DNA from: Anaerolineales bacterium
Lineage (GTDB): Bacteria; Chloroflexota; Anaerolineae; Anaerolineales; UBA6668
Direction of reading: 5' to 3'
Assembly (NCBI GenBank): GCA_020630175.1
Contig: JAHDBW010000001.1
Location: forward strand, 52,465 to 116,464
DNA length: 64,000 nt
Part shown: positions 28,102 to 37,143 of the stretch, piece by piece
Numbering within the stretch: the first letter of the stretch is position 1
Layout of the letters: each line of letters opens with the position of its first letter
Program-made: the position numbers and the translations under genes
Notes under the pieces: generated by a model
Told to the model about the DNA's origin: nothing
What the model saw: the letters and a program-made list of their open reading frames with translations, nothing else
Databases searched by the model: none

Positions 28102-29415
28102 TTAGCCTTCGCCTTCGGCAGCAGGTGGATCGGTTGGCTCTGGCGCTACCCCGATGCCTGTCCAAGTAAAGATGCGATCTTCACTTGTCACGCCGGCTGG
28201 CTCATAAAGCGGTTGGCCGCTTTCATCCTCACCCACTTGGCGCACAACCACGACTGTCCATTGGTATGCATGTGGTGCGGCTTCAATTGGCTTCATGTCT
28301 ACATTCAGAATGTGCCGATTAGATTGCGTAATCTCTTCGACAATTTTACCTTCTGGATCGGTCACATCTTGTACGGTAACTCGGTAGAATTCGTTGGGCG
28401 CTAAAATGCCAACGGACGCCCACTCTAAGTTTACCGTTTGTTCCACAGCGGAGATTGCCGTGCCATTTGCTGGACTGAGCAATTCAGGTGCAGCTTTTGG
28501 TGGCAGCGGCGTATCAGTTGGCGTCGGCCCTGCGGTTGGGATTGGTGCGTCTAACGGAATGCGTAAACTTTCACCAGATGCAATCGCATAATCTGGCCCC
28601 GGCTTGCCGTTGACGTCAGCTAGCGTGCCAAAATCAACCCCATAGAACGTTGCAATGCTAGATAGGCTCTCACCGGCTCCAACAATATGGGTTGGACGAG
28701 CAACTTGGGTCAATTCGCCTGCTGCAACTGTATTCGTCGCTGTAGGTTGTGGCGTAGCAGTTGGTTGCGGTACAAGCACTTCTTGGCTTTGGAACAGAAT
28801 ACAATCCGCCCCAAATCCGTTAGCCTGCCGAATACTTTCGACCGAGACGCCATAAATCCCAGCTAAGCTACTACATGTTTCCCCAGCGGCCACGGTGTGC
28901 TTCAAGGGTGGCAAAGGTGTTACGGTAGCCGTAGCCGTAAACGTTGCTGTTGGCACAGACGTGAGCGTCGGTAATGGGGTGCGGGTTAGCGTCACAGTTG
29001 GCGTGGCGTCCACGAACATGTCACTGCGTACGGTATAGAGTGTCAGTCCCACACCAAGCACCATAAATAACAGGATGCTTGCCAAAAAGACCGGCATTGG
29101 AATTGAAACTTGATTGCGGTTGCGCTTGGTTGCTTTGGTGCGGCCAGTTGTTGAGGCGCGCAATCCTTGCGTTGTCTCAGGGCGCGGCGGTGCAGCTGTG
29201 GGTTGCGTAAAGCCTGGACTTTGCGTTGAGCCAACAGTTTGCCGATCTTGCGGGCGGCTTTCGGTTGGCATCACCCCAGTTGTTGATGATAATTGCGACT
29301 TTTTCTCCTTAAGAGAGGTGCCGCAAACAATACATTTTGTTGTTGCTGCGCCAACACGTACGCCACAAGCGGGGCAATAACGTGGAGCGGAAGATTCGTT
29401 TTTTCTGGCTACCAT
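28102..29415 (-). CDS. Zinc-ribbon / TM / double-LysM envelope protein
   Basis: 437 aa. It has an N-terminal ribbon (CPACG...CIVCG), one TM helix and two LysM motifs (HTVAAGETCSSLAGIYGVSVESI and HIVGAGESLSSIATFYGVDFGTL). Confidence 0.75.
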   Translation of the reverse strand: MVARKNESSAPRYCPACGVRVGAATTKCIVCGTSLKEKKSQLSSTTGVMPTESRPQDRQTVGSTQSPGFTQPTAAPPRPETTQGLRASTTGRTKATKRNRNQVSIPMPVFLASILLFMVLGVGLTLYTVRSDMFVDATPTVTLTRTPLPTLTSVPTATFTATATVTPLPPLKHTVAAGETCSSLAGIYGVSVESIRQANGFGADCILFQSQEVLVPQPTATPQPTATNTVAAGELTQVARPTHIVGAGESLSSIATFYGVDFGTLADVNGKPGPDYAIASGESLRIPLDAPIPTAGPTPTDTPLPPKAAPELLSPANGTAISAVEQTVNLEWASVGILAPNEFYRVTVQDVTDPEGKIVEEITQSNRHILNVDMKPIEAAPHAYQWTVVVVRQVGEDESGQPLYEPAGVTSEDRIFTWTGIGVAPEPTDPPAAEGEG

Positions 29416-29421
29416 GTAAAT

Positions 29422-30000
29422 TTATGCGGTTGCAAGTGAGCCGTCTAACCCTAGTTCAGGGGCGGCTGCTTGCATAGCTTCAATAACGTTACCAACGTGT
29501 TCCCAAAGTTCAATACCGAGCTCAGCTGCGCCGATTTCGACGTCTTGCCGATCAACACCAGCAGCAAAGGCTTTGGTTTTCCATTTCTTTTTTACAGATT
29601 TGACCTTCAAATCCATAATCGACTTGCTAGGTCTTACTAGCACAGCAGCGGTGATGAGGCCGGTAATTTCATCGCAAGCAAAAAGTGCTTTTTTCATATC
29701 CGTATCCCGTGGGACACCGGTATGTGGGGCATGACTCAACACGCAGTCAATCATGTCTTCTGAAACGCCGCGATCCCGCAAGATTGCTGCGCCGGCTTGA
29801 GGGTGTAGTTCTAAAGTTGGGTGAATTTCCCAATCAAAGTCATGAAGTAAGCCAGCTAGACCCCATTGGTCTACATCGCCACCATACTTTGGCGCATACC
29901 AACGCATGGCTGCTTCTACAGATAACATATGCTTGCGTAGACTGTCACTTTGAACATGTTCACAGACAATGTCCCAAGCGGTTTTGCGGTTAATAGTCAT
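29422..30000 (-). CDS. HD-superfamily phosphohydrolase
   Basis: 192 aa with an HD motif in GLLHDFDWE. Its stop is 6 nt from the downstream LysM gene's start. Confidence 0.7.
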   Translation of the reverse strand: MTINRKTAWDIVCEHVQSDSLRKHMLSVEAAMRWYAPKYGGDVDQWGLAGLLHDFDWEIHPTLELHPQAGAAILRDRGVSEDMIDCVLSHAPHTGVPRDTDMKKALFACDEITGLITAAVLVRPSKSIMDLKVKSVKKKWKTKAFAAGVDRQDVEIGAAELGIELWEHVGNVIEAMQAAAPELGLDGSLATA

Positions 30001-30129
30001 AGTTGTTGTTTTATTTTGTTTTAAAACTTAATATTGAAAAACACGCAGCATTCTACCACTGAGTACGTGCAACCTTTACACTCTGTGGACGTATAGTCAG
30101 GTGAGTACATTAGCAATCGGGAGATCGTA

Positions 30130-30498
30130 GTGATGAATTTTATACTTAGAACATGTATTACAGCAGTCGCCATTGGGATGGCCTTTTATGTGGTGCCGGG
30201 CTTCAGAATTGAAAGCAATGTTTGGGAAACAATTGCAGTGTTGGCAATCATCATGGGATTGGTCAATGCGACGGTCAAGCCAATTCTCAAATTTCTGACA
30301 TGTCCGTTGATTTTGTTGACGCTAGGCTTTGGGGTGTTGATTATCAACACGCTGATGTTTATGTTGTCGGCAAATATCGCAGACTTCTTTGGTTACAGCG
30401 TAACTGTATCAGGATTTGCGGCAGCGTTCATGGCAGCGTTAGTGGTTAGCATTGTAAACGTTGTGCTGATCCGCCTAATTGAAGACAAAGAAGACTAA
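30130..30498 (+). CDS. Small 4-TM membrane protein, DUF360 / holin family IV-like
   Basis: 122 aa with four hydrophobic helices. The start (FILRTCITAVAIGMAFYVVPG) is typical of the family. Confidence 0.55.
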   Translation: MMNFILRTCITAVAIGMAFYVVPGFRIESNVWETIAVLAIIMGLVNATVKPILKFLTCPLILLTLGFGVLIINTLMFMLSANIADFFGYSVTVSGFAAAFMAALVVSIVNVVLIRLIEDKED

Positions 30499-30513
30499 CG
30501 CAAAAATGGCAGC

Positions 30514-30538
30514 AACGCGCAACCATTGGTTGCGCGTT
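30514..30538. terminator. Palindromic hairpin between convergent genes
   Basis: AACGCGCAACC (30514-30524) pairs with GGTTGCGCGTT (30528-30538). The flanking U-tracts are weak. Confidence 0.5.
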
Positions 30539-30541
30539 GTC

Positions 30542-31732
30542 TTAGCTGTTTGATTTAGATTTGCGTGAGGGCAATAGCGGCGCTGTTTCCTCAATTTTTG
30601 CGATGATGGGGCGCGTTTGCGTTTCAGTTGCCGTGTCAAAGCCAACGATGCGAGGGTGGGCATAGCGCCAAAGCACAGCTAAAGAGGCCATGACCGGGAC
30701 AATGACGAGTGCGCCGAGAATTCCAAATGTTGCCAGCGCGCCAAAAACGCCAACAATCACAAGCGCTGGATGTAGATTTAGCGTATACCCCAAAATTTGC
30801 GGGCGTAGCCAAATATTTTCGATGTTTTGAATGAAAATAATGATGCTAGCCACAACAATTGCAAACCAGAAGTTTGAGATTGGCAAAATAGTAGACCCAG
30901 CAAAGTAAGCGATTACGGTTGCAATAACCCCCGCAACGGTTGGCCCAAGCGAAGGCACAAGATCTAGCACGCCCGCAATAATGCCGATAATTAGCGCACC
31001 GGGCAGGCCCACAGCGGCTGTCAGTACGCCGGTGAGCACCCCAATTAAGGCGGCCAACATTGTTTGGCCCCGTAAGAAACGTCCCCAAACAAGATCAATT
31101 TGATCAATCAACATTTTTACATCGTCACGCACTTCGGTTGGGAAGATGCTAATTGCCCAGAGGCGAACCCGCGGCCCGTCTCTCAGCAAGTAAAAAGTGG
31201 TGATTAACGCAATCAAGATCCACGCGACATTTGTGCTGACCCCAGCAATAATTTCGATGGCGCTTACAGCGCTATTGGTTGCGAACGTGGTTGCCGACTG
31301 CACCAGATCATCAGGATGATAAGGAATAGTAAAAGATTGACCGGCAAATTCAATTGGCTCTGAGGTGAGCCGTTCTAGCTGACCGGGAATTTGTTCTACG
31401 TAATAGCGTAAGTTTGTGGTCTGCCGGGCAATGGTGGGCGTTGCGATGGCGGGCAGGGCAAACAGCGTGCTAATAAAAATTAGGTAGACAATGCCAACAG
31501 CCCAATCACGATTTAATGGTGTGATTTTGCGCAGTCCAACTACAGCCGGATTCAAGATATAAGCCAGTAAGGCGGAAATCAGGATCGCACCAAATAGTTG
31601 GCGAGCGGCCAAAATAATCCATAAGGCCGTTGCTAGTGCGGCTAAAACGACTAAATAGCTCGTTGTCCGCGACCACATGGCTGGGACAGAGGGCGTTTCA
31701 GCTGACGATGGTGTTTGAAGTTCGTTTGTCAT
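30542..31732 (-). CDS. AI-2E family transporter (PerM/UPF0118)
   Basis: 396 aa and polytopic. The conserved C-terminal half reads GLPGALIIGIIAGVLDLVPSLGP. Confidence 0.85.
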   Translation of the reverse strand: MTNELQTPSSAETPSVPAMWSRTTSYLVVLAALATALWIILAARQLFGAILISALLAYILNPAVVGLRKITPLNRDWAVGIVYLIFISTLFALPAIATPTIARQTTNLRYYVEQIPGQLERLTSEPIEFAGQSFTIPYHPDDLVQSATTFATNSAVSAIEIIAGVSTNVAWILIALITTFYLLRDGPRVRLWAISIFPTEVRDDVKMLIDQIDLVWGRFLRGQTMLAALIGVLTGVLTAAVGLPGALIIGIIAGVLDLVPSLGPTVAGVIATVIAYFAGSTILPISNFWFAIVVASIIIFIQNIENIWLRPQILGYTLNLHPALVIVGVFGALATFGILGALVIVPVMASLAVLWRYAHPRIVGFDTATETQTRPIIAKIEETAPLLPSRKSKSNS

Positions 31733-31866
31733 TCCGGAATATAGACGTTTTGAACGTGTACTTGGTAACTAATGGCGTGTTGTGTCAGTTTTGAATTGAC
31801 AACAAATGCCTGCGCTGCCTCAAATTAGAGGCGTAAATTTTTAGTTAGTTTTATTACTCAATTCTT

Positions 31867-32469
31867 ATGCTGTCGCACTTACCAGAACCCGAAGCGTTGA
31901 TTTTAGTTGCTGTGTTACCCAATCCGCGTGATTTGCAAATTGCAAGAACGCTAGGCTGGTATCGATTACGCGCAAACAAAGCGCCAAAGGTCATCAATGT
32001 TGACTATATCGCATTTTACCTAACTGCGAAATTTGCGGCTAAAAAGTGGCAGATTTGTCACTTTGCAAAAGTTACTGGGCATGAACTGGTAACACGCCAA
32101 GATTTAATCCGTAATGAAGCTGATCATCCGCGCGCCAGTGACCGTTATTTCAAGTTGCAACTGGGCGCTATTCAGATGCTAGACGCGCCAATATTAGCGA
32201 CAACTTGGCGGCGCATCACGTTTCTATACACCACGGGCGCACACTTCGTGAGTGCCGCAACAATAAAGGACTTGGTTGTGGTTGGACAAGAGCGTGATCT
32301 ACTCTGGACAGCCCTCAAGGAGCGGAAAGCGCATTTTGATGCCGCTGAAACCACCACGCCACAAGATCAGCCAATTGATATGGATCTTAGCCTGCTTTTG
32401 GCCCTGCAAAGCTTAGGGCGCTTAGATGAGGCGACCTTAGCGTCATTTACTAAGCCGTTCAACGACTAA
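31867..32469 (+). CDS. Hypothetical protein
   Basis: 200-aa ORF with no motif I can assign. Its last 27 nt overlap the convergent glycosidase gene. Confidence 0.5.
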   Translation: MLSHLPEPEALILVAVLPNPRDLQIARTLGWYRLRANKAPKVINVDYIAFYLTAKFAAKKWQICHFAKVTGHELVTRQDLIRNEADHPRASDRYFKLQLGAIQMLDAPILATTWRRITFLYTTGAHFVSAATIKDLVVVGQERDLLWTALKERKAHFDAAETTTPQDQPIDMDLSLLLALQSLGRLDEATLASFTKPFND

Positions 32470-33813
32470 GTACGGATCGCCACCCACAATACAATGCCCG
32501 TTAGGGCCTAAGCATTCTGCCCCCGGTAACGGAATTTCATAATGGCGCGTTGCCGGAATTTCAATTTGAACCCCACGTCCCAAGCGGTCGTACACCATCA
32601 CGGTTTCAACGCCGGGTGTGATTGGCATCGTAAGCCAAACATCCGCCGCAGTTCTGGCCCAGACCACGCGTGTTACTAAATCGCCACGGTGCAATGTGAC
32701 GATCTGAGTGGTCTCATTGGTGTAATGTTCAATTTCTTCTGTCCCAGCGTAATGTTCGGTAATTGCTTTTAGCGCCTGCGCCACGGGCCGCAGACTGTCA
32801 TCGGGGCGTTGTAGTCCATACGAATCCCCCGCGTGTTGCGGGCCGAAATCTTTTAGCTTATAGGCGGCAATGCGTTCTGTGCCGCTTGCCAAAGCCAGCG
32901 CATAAGATTGCACTAAAAACGACGCTTGCTGATGCATTGTGATGCGGTGCAGGGCGTTGTCCCATGGCGCAACGGGATCATCATAAGGTGGCGCATTGGT
33001 TTCATTGAGCCAAATTGGTTTGTCTAGCCCGTAGCTTTCAAAAACTGTTTGTTGTTCGCTAAGAATGGTGTGCACGGTTTCAGTATCAAAATAGATGTGA
33101 AAGGTGGCAACATCAAAGTAGTAATCGTTTTCGGCGGCGGTGGGGTCTTGTTGCGCAACGGTCAAGAACCGGCCTAAGTAAGGATCGCGCTCATAAACGA
33201 TGTCGTGCCAATAGGTTAGCGCTCCCAGATGGATCTGCGCTTCAGGGTCAATGGCTTTTGCGGCCTGATGGGCAACCTTGACCATTTGATAATAGTCCTC
33301 AACTGACCCAATCAATTGCACGCCCGGATGATCTGGGGCGATATCTGGCTCGTTCCAAATGATCCAGTGCTTCACATCTGCGCTGTTTTCTTGCACCATG
33401 CGAGTGACAAACTGTCCCCAGTGGTTGTCTGGGTGGCTGTAAGGCAAATAGAGGCCTTCTGGCACGCCATTGTGCGGATGTTGTTCATTTGCCCATGGCG
33501 GCGTACCAATCAGTAGCATCGCGATTTCTCGGCGTCCGGCAATGGATGTTTCAACCCAATCTTCTTCATCAGCGGTGACCACCCAATCCTCGGGTCCATC
33601 TGGCTGTCGATTGTCCCAGCGGACAATAATACGATCCCAGCCGACGCCTAGCTCTGTGGCAAGCGTGGGGGAGAAGTAGCTTCCAATTGCGCCAAACCGA
33701 GGGTCTGGGGCAGGGGTGGCTTGCGAACTGAGCGTGCTAGGGAATGCAAGTGCAAACCCGAAGACACAAAGGCAGGCCAAGGCTTTAGAAAAACGCTGAA
33801 AGGTCAGATACAT
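32443..33813 (-). CDS. Secreted glycoside hydrolase, clan GH-A TIM-barrel type
   Basis: The ORF extends to 33912. ATG 33813 is preferred because it gives the signal peptide MYLTFQRFSKALACLCVFGFALAFP. The catalytic strands are WIIWNEPD and IWLNETN. Confidence 0.65.
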   Translation of the reverse strand: MYLTFQRFSKALACLCVFGFALAFPSTLSSQATPAPDPRFGAIGSYFSPTLATELGVGWDRIIVRWDNRQPDGPEDWVVTADEEDWVETSIAGRREIAMLLIGTPPWANEQHPHNGVPEGLYLPYSHPDNHWGQFVTRMVQENSADVKHWIIWNEPDIAPDHPGVQLIGSVEDYYQMVKVAHQAAKAIDPEAQIHLGALTYWHDIVYERDPYLGRFLTVAQQDPTAAENDYYFDVATFHIYFDTETVHTILSEQQTVFESYGLDKPIWLNETNAPPYDDPVAPWDNALHRITMHQQASFLVQSYALALASGTERIAAYKLKDFGPQHAGDSYGLQRPDDSLRPVAQALKAITEHYAGTEEIEHYTNETTQIVTLHRGDLVTRVVWARTAADVWLTMPITPGVETVMVYDRLGRGVQIEIPATRHYEIPLPGAECLGPNGHCIVGGDPYLVVERLSK

Positions 33814-33892
33814 AGCGCGCAAATTATATACTGCAAATGTCTGGCATGAATAAGTACCGAAAACCGCCAGATGTTCGTATAATCTCAAGGCA

Positions 33893-34618
33893 ATGGCAAA
33901 AAATAAATTCAAACCCTATGATGCTGTTTTCGTATTTGGCTATGGTCTTAAAGACGATGGGACATTGTCTGATTACAGCAAACTCAATGCGCTGGCGGCT
34001 GGGCATTCATTTGCAATTGGGCGTGCGCATACGTTGATTCTCAGCGGTGGCACGCATGGGCATTCAAATGCTAAAGCAACCGCGCTCCAAATGAAGGCAT
34101 ATCTCAAACGCCGGTTTGGCTTTCGGGATGACATCTTCTTGATTGATTCAACTGCTGATAGCACGCTAGATAGCTTTATTTATTTGGCAAATTTGTTGGA
34201 TCGGCATCCCGCGCAATTGCGGCTAGCGTATATCGCGCTTACTGCCCATATGGCATATGTACGCGAGATGGCGTTATTGTTTGACCTCGCGCATGAAGAA
34301 AACCCAACTGAAGATTTGATTGCAGGCCGGTCTTTACGACATCGGGTGCTGCTTGAAGCGATGTTTACGGCAGACAATCCAGACCACGTTGCGTTGAAGG
34401 CACAAATGGCAAAGGAACTCAACTGGGTTCGCTCAGAGCCAGATTATTGGGTGCCCACGCTAACAGGCTTAGAAGATCGCTTTAGATTGGCAGGCGTGCT
34501 CAAACGGGGTGCGGGCATTGCAAATTATCTGCAAGCGCATGATATCAATCCACACAAAATGAATGACCGCAAAATTCGCAAACAACTGTCAAAACTGACG
34601 CGCAACATACCGGAGTAA
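33893..34618 (+). CDS. DUF218/YdcF-like protein (weak call)
   Basis: 241 aa. The VFVFGYG ... LILSGG pattern resembles the YdcF/ElyC fold. Confidence 0.4.
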   Translation: MAKNKFKPYDAVFVFGYGLKDDGTLSDYSKLNALAAGHSFAIGRAHTLILSGGTHGHSNAKATALQMKAYLKRRFGFRDDIFLIDSTADSTLDSFIYLANLLDRHPAQLRLAYIALTAHMAYVREMALLFDLAHEENPTEDLIAGRSLRHRVLLEAMFTADNPDHVALKAQMAKELNWVRSEPDYWVPTLTGLEDRFRLAGVLKRGAGIANYLQAHDINPHKMNDRKIRKQLSKLTRNIPE

Positions 34619-34622
34619 CCGT

Positions 34623-35105
34623 ATGACAAAAAATCAACAGCCAAATTCAAAGAATTGTTTTGTTTGCGGCTTGGAAAACCCTGTCGGTCTCAAACTTGTC
34701 TTTTACGATAATGGCGAAGATTTAGTGTGGTGTAACTACACGTTCCCTAAACATTTTGAAGGCTACCCCGGTGTAGGACATGGTGGCATTGTGGCAACCA
34801 TTCTTGATGAAACTGTGGGGCGGGTCGCAATGATTAAGAACCCAGAGAACTTCATGATGACAGTTAAGATTGAGGTCAAGTATCGTAACCCGGTGCCATT
34901 AGAGACAGACTTGCATGTGACCGGTGAGATGATCAAACATCGTGGCCGCTTAGCGCAGGCAAAATCTTACATTCGCGTGGCAGGAACCGACACAATTCTG
35001 GCAGAAGCGGCGGCAACACTAGCAACAGTGCCAACCGAAACAATTGCCGGTGGTGCAAATGCTGAGGAATTAGGCTGGAAAGTCTACGACAATGTTGGAA
35101 GTTGA
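34623..35105 (+). CDS. PaaI-family hotdog-fold thioesterase
   Basis: 160 aa with CFVCGLENPVGLKL and GHGGIVATILDETVG. Confidence 0.75.
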   Translation: MTKNQQPNSKNCFVCGLENPVGLKLVFYDNGEDLVWCNYTFPKHFEGYPGVGHGGIVATILDETVGRVAMIKNPENFMMTVKIEVKYRNPVPLETDLHVTGEMIKHRGRLAQAKSYIRVAGTDTILAEAAATLATVPTETIAGGANAEELGWKVYDNVGS

Positions 35106-35760
35106 GGCCAAATTTGTGCTTCCGCCAGGCTTTGATCTGGCACGCATTACAACATTATCTGCGGTTGCAGGATTCCCACTTTCACCGATACAGATTGTTA
35201 ATGTCCATGACACGTATCTAGAAACGGTCAATAAAGACGTGGAAGCCTTGGGCTATGTGACCCGCTTACGAATTGTAGACGGGACCACGCGCTTGATTAC
35301 GGTGAAGTCACGTGCGTCAAGCGGTGGGGCAGTGTCTATGCGCGAAGAACATGAGTTTGCGATTCAAACTGATTATCAACCGCAGGCCTGGCCTGACACG
35401 CTGGATGTTAAATCTAAGTTTGTTGATCAATTGCAACAGCGGCCGTTACAGCCCTATTTTGAAATTCGCCAACGCCGCGAACAACGACTATTGATAGAGC
35501 AAGATGCACCCGTTGCTGAGCTAACATTAGATTATGTGCAAGTTTGGTGTGAAAATACGCACCTAGAGGGATTTTCCGTACTAGAAATAGAGCTGATTGA
35601 TGCATCAGCAATGGCTATAATGGATGCAATTCTAGTATTCATGCGGTCAGAATTTAGCTTAGAAAGTGTAGCTGTGGCAAAATTGGCGCGTGCTGAAGCT
35701 GCAGTGATCGAATGGAAAAAAAACTCGATTTTGAGATTTGCCTACAAAGTGATTAAATAA
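35092..35760 (+). CDS. CYTH-domain (triphosphate tunnel metalloenzyme) protein
   Basis: 222 aa. It has the ExExK signature at the N-terminus (MLEVEAKF), followed by TRLRI, EHEF and LEIEL strands. It overlaps the thioesterase gene by 14 nt. Confidence 0.75.
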   Translation: MLEVEAKFVLPPGFDLARITTLSAVAGFPLSPIQIVNVHDTYLETVNKDVEALGYVTRLRIVDGTTRLITVKSRASSGGAVSMREEHEFAIQTDYQPQAWPDTLDVKSKFVDQLQQRPLQPYFEIRQRREQRLLIEQDAPVAELTLDYVQVWCENTHLEGFSVLEIELIDASAMAIMDAILVFMRSEFSLESVAVAKLARAEAAVIEWKKNSILRFAYKVIK

Positions 35761-35764
35761 GGGC

Positions 35765-36154
35765 ATGTCCCTACAAACCGAAGGTAAACAAACCGTCATC
35801 GTTGTTGATGACGAAGCTGAAACCGCAGCAATGCTTGGCACAATGTTGCAAGTTAGCGGGTATGATGTATTACGCGCACACTCGCCTGCGAAGGCAATGT
35901 CGCTAATTCAACATCATAATCCGGATCTTGTTTTATTAGATATTATGATGCCGGGCGTATCTGGTTTAGAATTGTGTCGGTATTTACGGCGCGATCCGCG
36001 ATATAGGGAGTTACCAGTGGTAATTATCTCTGCAAAATCGCAACCAGAAGACATTCGTGAAGGCATGAATGCCGGCGCTACAGCGTATCTGACAAAACCT
36101 GTGGCGATGAAAACGCTAATTCAAACGATTGGCACATCGCTGGAGAATAACTAG
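35765..36154 (+). CDS. Single-domain response regulator (receiver only)
   Basis: 129 aa with an acidic pocket (VVDDE), the phospho-acceptor context LVLLDIMMPG, and later SAK and KP motifs. Confidence 0.9.
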   Translation: MSLQTEGKQTVIVVDDEAETAAMLGTMLQVSGYDVLRAHSPAKAMSLIQHHNPDLVLLDIMMPGVSGLELCRYLRRDPRYRELPVVIISAKSQPEDIREGMNAGATAYLTKPVAMKTLIQTIGTSLENN

Positions 36155-36175
36155 TCGGATAGAAATTAGGAGAAT

Positions 36176-36529
36176 ATTGTTCTGGATCCTTTAGATCTTT
36201 CACATAAAACCATCGAACTAATCGAAGAAAAGCTGGGTGAAAACATCCTGCTGCTTGATGTTCAAGGTGTTTCATCGGTTGCAGACTACTTTGTCATTGC
36301 AACTTGTCAGACAGACCGCCAACTAAAATCTATGGCGCGTGATCTTTCTGACCTTGTTGATACAAAACGAGGCCAGTTGTTACGTGGTTTAGATAAACAA
36401 GCCGACAGCGGGTGGGTGCTACTAGACTTTGAAGATGTCTTAGTACACTTATTCTCTGCCGACCAGCGTGATTATTACAATCTTGAAGAACTGTGGGAAG
36501 AAGGCAAAGTTGTCTTGAAACTACAGTAG
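36176..36529 (+). CDS. rsfS: Ribosome silencing factor RsfS, with a non-canonical start
   Basis: The frame is open from 36170 and encodes NILLLDVQGVSSVADYFVIATCQTDRQLKSMARDL...DFEDVLVHLF...YNLEELW. There is no ATG/GTG/TTG before ATG 36332. The candidates are ATT 36176 and CTG 36182, after AGGAG at 36168-36172. Confidence 0.7.
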   Translation: MVLDPLDLSHKTIELIEEKLGENILLLDVQGVSSVADYFVIATCQTDRQLKSMARDLSDLVDTKRGQLLRGLDKQADSGWVLLDFEDVLVHLFSADQRDYYNLEELWEEGKVVLKLQ

Positions 36530-36553
36530 GCATTGTAAATTGCAATCTTAAAC

Positions 36554-36584
36554 AAAAAGAGCGATCGCAACGATCGCTCTTTTT
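36554..36584. terminator. Bidirectional rho-independent terminator (rsfS / ndk)
   Basis: AAAAAGAGCGATCG-caa-CGATCGCTCTTTTT forms a perfect 14-bp stem including the A and T runs. Confidence 0.9.
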
Positions 36585-36607
36585 ATTTAAGTCTAAGTTG
36601 AAAAGGT

Positions 36608-37060
36608 CTAGCCTTCGTATACCCAGCTTTCGCCAACGCGTTCCCAGCTAACGATTTCGTCAGCAGCGAACCATAGGCCAACTTCTGCAACACCATTTTC
36701 TGGTGAGTCAGATGCGTGGATCAGGTTACGGCCGATATCGATACCGAAGTCACCACGAATGCTACCTGGGGCAGCTTGGGTTGGATTGGTAGCCCCAACG
36801 CTTTGGCGTACGGCTTCAATCACTTTGTTGCCTTCCCATGCCATCAAAACGACAGGGCCAGAGGTGATGTATTCGATCAGCGCTGGGTAAAAAGGACGTT
36901 CTTTGTGAACAGCATAGTGTTGTTCTGCCATGTCTTGTGAAACTTGTACAAATTTCATGCCGATCATGCGAATGCCACGGCGTTCCAAGCGTGAGATGAT
37001 TTCTCCCATCAAGCCGCGGGCAACGCCGTCTGGCTTAATGATGACTAATGTCTTTTCCAA
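36608..37060 (-). CDS. ndk: Nucleoside diphosphate kinase
   Basis: 150 aa with [10 protein letters not shown] and NLIHASDS (catalytic His). The start is TTG, preceded by GGAGA. Confidence 0.95.
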   Translation of the reverse strand: MEKTLVIIKPDGVARGLMGEIISRLERRGIRMIGMKFVQVSQDMAEQHYAVHKERPFYPALIEYITSGPVVLMAWEGNKVIEAVRQSVGATNPTQAAPGSIRGDFGIDIGRNLIHASDSPENGVAEVGLWFAADEIVSWERVGESWVYEG

Positions 37061-37143
37061 GAGATTGGTCTCCTATAAGTATTTTTTGTTTGAAATTGAA
37101 AAGAATAACCACATTTGCAGCTATTCAGAATGCGCCATCAAGC

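Noticed and set aside
30130-30498. The holin-family-like gene, the export-signal-less M23 lysin at 16770-18425 and radC, considered as evidence for a prophage.
   Set aside because: The genes are 12 kb apart and interspersed with housekeeping genes. I recognised no integrase, terminase, capsid, tail or repressor genes and no att-like direct repeats. DUF360 and RadC proteins are common chromosomal genes.
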